From assembly GCF_964355755.1 (NCBI RefSeq), contig NC_092671.1:8990001-9054000 (forward strand): a DNA stretch of 64,000 nucleotides, given 5' to 3'. The notes below the pieces were generated by a model that was not told the origin of the DNA, did no database searches, and worked only from the letters and a program-made list of their open reading frames with translations. The translations under genes were made by a program, and so were the position numbers. This document shows positions 1 through 11,086 of this stretch, piece by piece (position 1 is the first letter of the stretch; each line of letters opens with the position of its first letter). This DNA comes from Antedon mediterranea. Lineage: Eukaryota > Animalia > Echinodermata.

Positions 1-589
1 AAACCAGAAAAAGACTTGGCGGGAAGAATGCTCTTATGTAAAAGTTACAATACTATTTTGTGGTTAAATATAGCGTGATGTTTCGTGTCTGTCATCGTGC
101 CAGCACATTGGTAGACCTTTTTTGGCAGTTCTCCAGCAACTGATACGGCAACGCCTGGGTCTTCTGAGCCCCTCGGGATACTTATCAATGTGCTTTAACG
201 TACCTTTCTGACCTGCAAAGATAAATAAAACGATTTTTAATAACAATCTTTTAATTATGCAATTGTCTACGATAAAAAATAACAGGTGCAAAAGTAGAAA
301 TACGATCTTTAAATAAGAAGAGTTGATTGAAAAGGTGGTATAACCGCAAGATAACGCTAAATTACATAGGTAGTATACAACATCGCTATACCCATTGTAT
401 GCAAATAATTTCATCAGGTGAAATCAACCATTAAACACGAAGACAGATTTATCCCGAATAATAACAAACGCGAACTTTTCGACACGCCTTTGAAACGAGC
501 AATACAGGTACTTGTTATTTTGATTCTTTACAAATCCAGGTCTCATTTTTATCAAGTTACCCAACGTGACAATATTGTAGTTTTTCATT

Positions 590-700
590 TAATGACGTCA
601 TCACTGTACATTTAAACGATTATTGAGAAAACATCAAACTAGCATCTCTTCATAGGCCTATATAAATTAAGCCGTATTCATTTTGATTGGCTGACGTGTT
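590..700. promoter_or_regulatory. CRE/CCAAT motif cluster
   Basis: Full CRE TGACGTCA at 593-600 and GATTGGCTGACGTG (CCAAT next to a CRE half-site) at 685-698. The target gene is unknown. Confidence 0.3.
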
Positions 701-2564
701 CCCCTCTGTTCCAAGTGGTCTGTAACAGAGGGGAAGACGCTTTTCTATCATTACTAAATTAGGTAATGCCACGCTTCCCTACTGACACGCAGAGAGTCCG
801 TGAGGTAGAAATAAGTCTGTAATGTTGACCCAGTAATTACGAATATGGCAACCGGTTTTGAATCATCTTTTTTTAACATTATCAATTTATCAAATACACA
901 ATCGTATGTGATTATTCTTTGTCAATTAAATTCGACATATAAACAGTACATTTATCATCGCCGCCGAAATGCGGATTGGAACGTACGTACCATTACCTTA
1001 TTTGGTAAATGTAGCAAGTTTACTACTTAAGGCGTTTTGGAACGTTTGGTTTGACGCGTTGTCCTCCACAACAACATTTGACAGTCAGTAACTATTAATT
1101 ACAGTATAGTTTATTAAGAACTATCGAAAGATACTGTAATAAACAAGAATATTGTGATATATTATAGTGTTGTTTTTCAATAAACTACCCGCAATTCGCG
1201 GGGGAAAACTGGACTGAGCCACAACAAAAAGTAGCTTACGAGCACGTCTGTTTAATAACACATGAAGTTAGAGGGTAGGTAACGCAGCTTGTGGTCTTGA
1301 AACACACGCGAAAACGCCACGACAAGCATCTCAAATAAATTACCAACCCGTCAATCACAGCAGCGTTAAGAAATTACAATTTTTACGAACAAGATTTTCT
1401 ATAAATATTCCGCTACAATACTGATTTTTTGATTGAATTTTTATGTGAATTCAAAAAGAAAAATCCCCAAATAAAGTGAATTTAATTATCAAACATTGTA
1501 ATGTGAGATGTGATGAACCAAGACTATTTAAATTGGAAGACAACAAATATGACTATTTTTGTAATTCATGAAAAAAAAAACACAATCGTCATCAGTTCTG
1601 AAAACAACGATGCCAAACAAACAATAGTTTTGATTATATAGTCGATTGCAATCGGGAGATGTTCCCAAGTGAAGTTCGTCTAGTTGGAAGACAACGCGAC
1701 CAGGACGCGTCCAGAAAGAATGCAATCCTTTGTTCGAACGGTAAGAAGAATTTACAGAAATAACAAACACGGATGGTGTTATTTCGTGGACAGTCGCGAT
1801 CTGAAATCATCATCTTCAATGGTATTGTGATTGTGCGTTGATCATGCTTCAGCGATTTCTTGCTATGCAAAGGTACAAACAAAAACAACTCTTGTCAAAT
1901 CGCGAGTGTATACTGTATACCCCTCGATAGGTAATCATTTTGACAATCAGCTGGTTTTGGTTGTAACAATCGGCAGCTTTTAGAAATGTTCATTATAAAC
2001 GTTTTAATAAAATATAGCAAAATATAAGAATCCGTTTTATTATATTGTTCATTTCCTCATTTCTATTTTTATATTATATTTGCGACCCGCGTTATGGATT
2101 ATTAGCTTGCTTACTATTCAGTTAAAAGGTTAAATAACAATCTTATAAAATTAACAAACTACGTAAGCGGCATTATAAAATATAAAAATAGAATGCTGTT
2201 ATATGACTGTCATAAATCATTTATAAGTCGCAAAGGTTAGTTTGTGCCATAAATCATTTTTGGATTTACTTCTAATCTATGTGATTACGTGTTGCACGAA
2301 ACATGATAAAGAGTGATTTTTAAATTGCCATTGAAACTGCAAATCGAAACAAGGTCTAGATGTCGGTACTGTTCAGAATGAATATGACTTTTCATTTATT
2401 AAAACTGTACTTATCAGAAGAGTAAAGATCGCTGATATTGCTTAACAAGTCATGTTACGTTATTTATCATATGATAGCCCTGCTGTAATGCAAACATGCT
2501 TTTCCGCATGTAAATAACATAAAAAAAAAATTAATTTCCATGTAAAGTGTACATACCTTTATAG

Positions 2565-5337
2565 TTAAGCACTCTTGGCGTTTGTATGCGATTGTTGTTT
2601 CGTTGTTGACGAACGTGACATTGATCTTTCATATAGTTTTTGCCTTGGTCTGAATACTAATCTGCGTTTTGGCAAGAAATCTGAAAATCAGAAAATAAAT
2701 CTTGTTAATTATATCTAAAACAAATTCTGAAAATATTTAAATGTATTTATGCTAAAAGACAAACTCCGAAAGAGCAATAAATCTGCAAATTACAACATAA
2801 ATCTTGTTAATTATCGATAATATATATATATCCATTTCTGACAATATTTAAATGTATTTATTCTAAAGAAAAACCATGATCGTTTAAGATAAATCTTTCG
2901 TCATTACTGTACTCTTCGATTAATCAAACAAAAACAACACATTCCTTCTTTATTATTCCAATCTATTAATTATACTTTAGGATTCCATTTCTTCCTGTTC
3001 CGTTTTCAGAATCGAAGGAAATAATATATTTAGGTAAATTAACAACTGATCAGGAAATCCTATGACGAATTTACCGAATACTAACTGACAAGTTACTACT
3101 GTAAATTAGAAAATGTTCCAACAAAGCGATTTAAATTCTTTGTTCTTAAAATCAGGTGCCGTATTGACAGAATAAAAAGGGTATTATTTATTCAATGTAT
3201 TCCAATTTGAAGGATTACTCTCGATTCAATAGAAAAGAGATCTACACTCTATCATCAATCAATATTCAGTAGAGTTTACTGTACAAAGGAAAACTAAATA
3301 TGCATGAAATTTACTTCAACTTCTGCTTTGTTTACAGTCAACTATATTCTGATGACGATGTGTTATTTTTTTACGGCTGGCACGTGGCGCTTGTCAAGCC
3401 ATTGGGCACCAAAGTGCCAGCAGATGTTTCCCAGGAGAAGGCTCCCGATGGCAACCGAAGGTGAGCGTTGATTAATGAGTCCTACCTCCACCAATCCCCA
3501 CGGCCATTTTTAATTAACTCATGTTCCTTCACAAGCGATAGTGACCCTTCACAGCAACCTCTGCTGGTACTGCCATATGCACTATTTTTTTCTTTCAAAG
3601 TGCCCAATATTCTAAAATAATTGGCTTCCCACTGAATTACACCATTAATTGCTATTTTAATGTAACTCACAATTAGTTGAATAAATTTGTTTTTTATCAT
3701 TCATTAATATATGTAATCGGTAATGATGATAAAAATTGTAAAACTATCTCAAATTCAAAATGAAGTAATTTAATCATAAAAACTGCCGGCAGCCCTCCAA
3801 AACAATTTTGATCCGTTTTCGTCGGGGAGATAGGTCTTACATCTTGCAATAATGTTACAGGTACCCAACATGTTGGAAACACAAAGCAGAATTTAGATAG
3901 AAGGCCAGCATAACCAGTACACTAACCCAGACTATTGTATCGTGCAGAGTAAACAGACTATTTTTATAATATGATACATTAATCAATCATACTGGAGAAC
4001 CGGAAAATTGGCACTGCGAAAAAAGAACAAATAAAAGCAAATACAAGGTGACCTTGATTTGAAACCTAAAGCTTTACTTATTTGTCAAATAAGTAGAGCC
4101 TATTCAATATTCGCGTGCATCAAATACTGTGTAACTAAACTATCTTATGTATCTGACTTTTCAATTATAGATAAAGTTCCTTCTACAGTACATAATATCA
4201 TATGAAAGTGTATATCGAAATCAATACCGAACCCAGCCCAGGGTAGCTAAAAAAACCTAGCAAATCTGGGCAAGTGTAGACACGACAATAGCATCAACGA
4301 GGGATGACTTTTAAAGTGTTTGATTGGCCGTTTTCTCGGCTCAACTTTGGAATCATTTTTTTCTGGTAATGTGCAGTTTCCAGTTTTATTGCTACAACTT
4401 CGGGTGGTACGCAAATTTGGCCATACTTCAATCTTTATGGAAAAAAAATCCTCAGAGCCTCGTATTTATCGTAATGTATGTGCTAACATGGATTTAGAGT
4501 TTGCAGCTTTTACTTACTCCTTTTTCTAGAAACGAGTTTACTCTGTTTATGATTGATATTTCGTTGCGAATTTATTTTTATCTCTAAATTTGCCTTTACA
4601 TTAACAGTAGCTTAATTCCAGGAGTAGGCCTAAATAAATATCCAGACTCGTCTTCTAAACTACACATTTTTTTACTTTATCATCAACAACTTATTTGAGT
4701 TGAAACACACTAGTATTTTTTCATTTTCAGAACATATAGTACAGAATGAAAACAAAAATCTGTATTAAAGCATAATGTAGATTCGAAAGCAGAACCCTAA
4801 AAGAGAATTTGAATTAGTGGTAGGCCTACATTTTGACTTCAAATTACCAGCTTGTAGCCGATTCTTACCTGTAATTGTTGTCTGTTTATATTGCTTTGGT
4901 GTTTGTGATGAACTGGACGGTTCTTCTTCGTGCTGTGTAGCAATCGGTGAAGTTACAGTACTACTACATTGCATTGTTGTTTCGTTATCTAATCCGTTGT
5001 TTTCTGTCGAATCCGTTGAGTTTGTTGATAACGTAACAAATTTAGTTATAATTTCCCGTGTTCGATACATGTTTGGACAGGATTTTCCATCTAACAAACT
5101 CCATTCCCAACGACTTGTAGAGTTATTTACTGGCATTTCGGTATCGGGATCTAGTCCTAAAGATTCGAGTTTCTTGCGATCTTCTAAGCACGATTGCTTT
5201 AGCTCATTCTTCAACCAAGCGTCTGTAGCTGCATGATCTTCGCTCGTCGTGCCAAATAAATTCCTTGCAACTCTCGACTTTGCTACTCGTCCTGGCCTAG
5301 AACCACACACTCTTATTTTATGGATGTCAACAGTCAT
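2565..5337 (-). CDS. CDKN1: Cip/Kip cyclin-dependent kinase inhibitor, p21-like (coding exons 5337-4869 and 2680-2565)
   Basis: Exon 1 has the CDI domain signature (ARNLFG ... RWEW ... CPNMY) and ends ACA G|gtaag. The phase-1 acceptor ttttcag at 2681 continues in frame to give KQTTITDFLPKRRLVFRPRQK..., ending at TAA 2567-2565. This resembles the p21 C-terminus QTSMTDFYHSKRRLIF. Confidence 0.9.
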
Positions 5338-5439
5338 GTTTAAATCGTTTAACTAACCCCTGTGTTTGTTGGTATACAAATGAAGCTTGGTTTGTAAGTA
5401 CCAAACGTAAAATACACTCAACTAACTAGCCTTGAATTA

Positions 5440-5535
5440 GCACTGTAATATATAGTCAGTATTGTCTTCTACAACAACAACGTTTTCCAGCGATGCGATT
5501 GGTTGTTGATGCAAATTTGTCTGGGCGGAGCTTAA
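5440..5535 (-). promoter_or_regulatory. Putative core promoter of the CDKN1-like gene (TATA, CCAAT, GC box)
   Basis: On the minus strand: TATATATT at ~5447-5454, CCAATC at 5497-5502 and GC box GGGCGGAGC at 5523-5531. They lie in the usual order 110-190 bp upstream of the ATG. Confidence 0.5.
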
Positions 5536-6275
5536 GGGGGTGGATGTTAGCCGTGTGATTTTGTCCAGTTGTAAATTAAAAAGGACGCGTTCGACGTAAT
5601 CCCAACATCTGTTTGTGTGCATTCATTGTTTTTATTTACTCACGTAGACGATAGAGGGCGTTTTATATAAATTCTATTTCTAGTCTAGTCCAGACGTGCA
5701 TCTAACCACAAAGTCAGGAACGTGTCCAGACAAGATTAAAATAATTTTAATTTCAAAATGAAAGTAATTTAAAGATAAACTACAATTAATTGTCAATATT
5801 TGGTATGGTACTTATTCAGCTTATTAGTGGGCGATCCGAAAATAACTTCAATATCAAACGGTTTTTCTCTCAACTTTATCATGGAGCTGCTCTATGGTTT
5901 GACAGCAATATCTCCATTCGTGTAGCTTCATGTTTTAGATTACCAGTTAATTAAATTCGAATTGACATTTAAAATACTGTTTTCCTTTTAACCAAAGTTT
6001 TCGAAGGCAGATAATATACATAATTGTATGTTTTTCTTTAAAAAAACAATATATAACAGACCATATATCTCTATGAACAGACTAACATTTTACGAAATTA
6101 AATTGGTAGACACCAGGGAGTTGTAAAATAAGTAATTATTTCACAACTCCCTGGTAAACACCATGGTTTGGTTAGTAGGCCTACAGACCACAAACGTGCA
6201 GACGATATACTAGAGGGCGCTATCTTGTTTTCTTTTCAAAATGTCATTTTCACAGTATAAATACCATACGACGAT

Positions 6276-6381
6276 AGGGTGTCACGAAACCTAAGACCAC
6301 GAAAGCTAAGATCCCCTAAGACCTAAGATCACGAAAGCTAAGACCCAAGAACTAAGATTACAAATTCTAAGATATACCCTA
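6276..6381. repeat. Short degenerate tandem repeat (CACGAAA[C/G]CTAAGA units), probably a mini-transposon remnant
   Basis: About 7 CTAAGA-containing units bounded by AGGGT...ACCCT inverted ends. Confidence 0.55.
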
Positions 6382-6490
6382 CAGCTTAAAAACACTCTTT
6401 TTTTTTTCTTTTTTGGCCTTTTTTGATCTCACTTATTTTATATGGCATATTTTTATTAACTTCAAATAAATAAATGTAATCTTTCTTATT

Positions 6491-7065
6491 TAATTACGGA
6501 TGAAGAAACCGTATTTGGTAGAATACAGACGTTCCGTGAATATATCGACAAGAAATGTGATACCAATTGCATTCAGGTTTATTGATTTGAACCTGGACTC
6601 AATGAATAACATTGAAACTGTGTTGTTAAGGTCAAAAACAAAGTGTAACCTTCGACATCGGTTGTAAGCGTAGAATCAGTTTTCTCGCTTATTGATTGGG
6701 TCCAACCTTGACAGTGTTTATACGATTCGATCAATTCGATCAAGGTTGGACCCAATCAATAAGCGAGAAAACTGATTCTACGCTTACAACCGATGTCGAA
6801 GGTTACACTTTGTGTTTGACCTTAACAACACAGTTTCAATGTTATTCATTGAGTCCGGGTTCAAATCAATAAATCTGAATGCAATTGGTATCACATTTCT
6901 TGTCGATATATTCAGTAATTGGTAACTTGGTAACAGTCTAAAGGTGATCATCATGTGATCGTGACACAACCGTCGCGTACCCATCACGGCGGAAAATAAT
7001 CGGGTTGCTCTCTCGGCTGCTCTTTGTCTGTATTCTACCAAATACGGTTTCTTCATCCGTAATTA
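6491..7065. mobile_element. Foldback/MITE-like long inverted repeat
   Basis: 6491-6530 pairs with 7026-7065, and 6537-6711 pairs almost perfectly with 6740-6914. About 110 bp of extra sequence sits in the right arm only. Confidence 0.85.
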
Positions 7066-10000
7066 TACAACACACTTCTCGTAGGCGTGTTGAATATGCG
7101 TGTAATAACGTGTTGTATAACCGCGCCCTTATTTGACTCATTTCCAGTAGGCCTATGCATGCTTCTACCCGTGTAAAATTAAATTTATGATTTATATAGT
7201 GATATATCCATATTATGAATATACATGATTCCATAGCAACTATGAACCTATTCATTAAAACAACCAACAATAAGTAGGCATACATGCATGTAATAATGAA
7301 TCCATGGTACATGTTACTAAAGTTCGATGACCTTCAATATACTACGAAAGTTACACGTACTGTACTGGGGCCTATACTCGATCCAATCAATATTTCAATT
7401 GATGTGTCTCTTCAAGATGTCCATTGTTACATTTTGTACGTGAGGACAGTTCTGTAAATTCTAAGCCTGGGCTATTAATAGACATATGAAAGTAGATGCG
7501 CAAGTGCCTATATTCAGAATTAATTTGATGAAATCAAATGAAATGAAAATGAAATATTCAGAATTGATTTGACATCGATTCGGTTAATATTTTTTCATTA
7601 TAATATATGAAGTTCTTACTACAATTGCTTAACTTACTATCTTAATGTAGTAGGCCTACTTTCTATTTCTATGGGAGCTTCCGGTGGTAGTTCTCTGTCG
7701 AAATTTATAAAGATTCATGTGGTGAGCTGATATTAAACTCAACAGCAACTTAGACTCGAGAGATTAGATTTAACGTTTAAGGGGATTAATGGAAATAAAT
7801 CTCTGAACCAAAAAGTCAATCCCATGAATTAATACAGTAATTTGCATGCTGATAAGTAAAAAGGGAATTGTCATGTGCATGGGTTACGTAATAGACGGAC
7901 AGGTCGGATCTGCAATAAGAGCATGATAGTATAACATATAGAAAAAGAGGTCTTTAGGCCTAATGTAGAATTTGACATAGGTACTATTGCAAAAAATGTA
8001 TTCATTATCCAGGAGTTTTTATAAGCCTAAATTAGTACATTCTTGATTTTCTTGACTATCAAAACAAGAAATTCAATATTTATACAAATAATGAAGAGAA
8101 AAAAAGTGTTTAGTATTATGCCTACACTACATTTCTATTTAGCGTTATACAAAATCCCAACATCAGAGATGCCTTACAGTTATTTTTGATGAATTACAGA
8201 CATGTTAATGTCCATCTATGGATGCCAAGAGGCCTATTGTCCAACTGTCTTTTTAAAACTTAAGAGGCGTATAAATTAGCTTCACAAAATATTGAATGTG
8301 CCAATTTTATATCTGGAATTCAAATGATATAATTTATAGTACTGATTTTATGTTTCTCTTTTTAATTAAGCATGGATCTGACAGTGTTTCCCGCGTTAGA
8401 GACGGAATCAGATTTGGATTAAAATGCGATAAAAATACAGCAAACTTGAAGCGAAAAAGGTAAGATTTAATCCGTATTAACGTTAAATCTGAAGTCGAGT
8501 CATTGAATCATTGCACTGGCTATCTTTTTGTTACAGAGTACAAAGGTATCTGTTGTTGTATTGTCTTATGGTTAATCAGGAATGTGTGGGAACGTTAACT
8601 TAAAGTTTACAATGAACAAGAGTCGCAGGATTAGTGATTAGTTTAATGTCCAATTTTCAATTTAAAAACTTAAAAGGTCTAACGCTCTTAACTTGACCAA
8701 TTCATCTAAATTGGTGATTAGCCATAATCACGTATTTAATGTGATTTTCGTCGCCATTGTAAACCGTTACAAAACCGTTACAAATGTGGGAAAACATTTT
8801 CGCGCGTTTTACATAACTTTTACGTGGGTTTTTTGTTTTGTTTTTGTTGTGCATTATGTAGCACACATTACCGCAAATAGGCCTACAGAATAAAACGATA
8901 ACAAAATAAAAATGTCAAGCCGGCAAGCTAGGCTACTATAGGCTACACTCTGAGGGAGTGAGCATTTTGACGACACTGCTCATGGTGGATCAAGGATTTA
9001 GAAATAGTGATGGGTCTAAAAGGAAATTGAGTTTTTGGTAAATTTATGTGGGGGAGGACACATGGTTTTATAAAATTTTAATTCACTTTCCAAATTAAAA
9101 CTGAATCTCTACAAGGTAAATAATATTAGGACTTCATTCAATGACAGGAAACACTGTGAAAATGATTTTTTTTTCATTTCCTGCCTACAGCCTATTTTAA
9201 AGCCAGGAATCAATATTATATGTTCTTTATTGCGAGACATTTAAAATAATAGTGATATTAATGAAGATCCAAACTGCAAAAGACACTCCACATAAGCCTC
9301 TTTCCTCTTGAGGCGGCATGCATAGAATCATGTGTTCTAACTGCACGTCCCCAGTGATTTTTAAGGAGATGAGCCTACAGATCAGCTGCTTAGCGACCTT
9401 CAATGGTTTTTTTAGCGCAGCATGGATTAACAAATTTTAAGTTTTAACAAAACTACATTACAAAAAAAGCACAAACAATACTGTAACTCTTTTTATTCAT
9501 TTTTAAAGAGTACTACTGTAGGCCTAATACTGTAGGCCTAATAATACAATAAGTCTTTTTTTACAATTTAACAATTAACATATAACCACAAACCGAGTAC
9601 TTTAAATAGCAAGGACAACTAACTTATAAATTGTACGGCACGTTTGATATTTTGTAATTCTGTATCATAGAAAATAATTAGGGTAATCCATTATTCATGA
9701 TTTCTGTCTTAACTTGATAGGGAAAAAATAATGCGAACTGGTCGATTGTTGTGTCTCTATTTTTTTTGTCGATCTTCATTTCAATTTGTTTTTAATGTCA
9801 CAAATATAGCAGCAACAGTTTTTATAGTATTTGAACTTTATTCCATCAACCATAATCATATTTTAGTCATAATAATGATAACCATAGTAACTGTAGTACA
9901 GTGGTTTTTTACAAAAAATAATAATTATAAGATAAATATGATTGTTTACAGTGATTATTTACAATAATGATAAATATAGAATAGTGATTATATAGAAGTC

Positions 10001-11086
10001 CAGCCAATTACCAGTGAAAAATAACAATGACTTTTAATACAGTATTGAAAGAATTATGAAATTCAGTCATCCATTATTACTCCATGGTTTTCTACAATGA
10101 GGGTGAGTTTTTTTTCCAGAAGTGCACAGTCGTTTATTTATTACTAGTGTTTAATAAACCAACGAGAAAAAAAAAGGTAATCCATAATAATACGATTATT
10201 TGCTAATAGAAGCTTTGTTGAGTTATAACTATAATTTCGTTTTTCATGAAATCAATGCTACAGGCGCTACGAATATTGTTTGTACGTTTAAAGAAGCAGC
10301 TAAAATGATACTGAGTTTGCTGCCCTCTTGAAGTTTTTTGAAATTCGATTGATATTCGATGATGATCGATCAACTTTACTAACCGCGGACTGATGATTTT
10401 AAAGTACAGTACGTCTCTTGACATCGTCAAAAGAAGCTGCTGACAAAAGAGAGAGGGGTGGTCTAGGTTTAGGCCTAGAGAAGTAAGTTGTTAAAGTTAA
10501 TGTGACGTTGTTGTCACATCTAGGCCTTGCCTAAATTAGATTTGGGCATAGGCCTAGATAGGGACCTACAAAATTGATGAGATGATGATTATTAAAACTT
10601 AAAAGCTAGGCCTAGCCTAAACTAGCCACAGGCCCTCACTCAGCAGGAGCCCCTACTAGCTAGGCCTAGGCCTAGGCCTATTATTACTAAAGGATTCCCT
10701 TACTAAAATGGTAGGGCCCCAGCCTACTCTAGGGCCTAGGCCTAGCCCTACTGCTGTTTTTAGAGCCTATGTCTGATGACTAGGACTTATACTCAGTCAT
10801 AGTCATAGACTCAGAGGCAGCTAGTTAGATAGTAGTTTCAGGACACGACATTTACAATCTAGCTAATCCACATAAAATTTAATAATCAAATAATTATTAA
10901 TATTAATTTATTATTATTGATTTCCCTTAATTCATTTTCAGAAACCTTTTTGTTTTGATTTTTACTACCCAAACCGCTGATGCAATTATTAGCTCTTCGC
11001 AAGTCAAGCTTTTGGCATCGCCGAATGCATTGCCTGTTGGTGGAAAATTAATAAAAGCCATGAATATTTAAAACATATTTAAAAGA

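Noticed and set aside
2492-2501. p53 half-site AAACATGCTT
   Set aside because: An isolated half-site, expected by chance.
4765-4868. C-terminal part of the 190-aa ORF (GKNRLQ...)
   Set aside because: Read-through into the intron past a consensus donor; the spliced form restores the conserved motif.
8371-8460. Possible orphan plus-strand exon (ag|CATGGATCTG...AAAG|gtaaga)
   Set aside because: No partner exons or recognisable protein; such splice-like words are expected by chance in this much AT-rich DNA.
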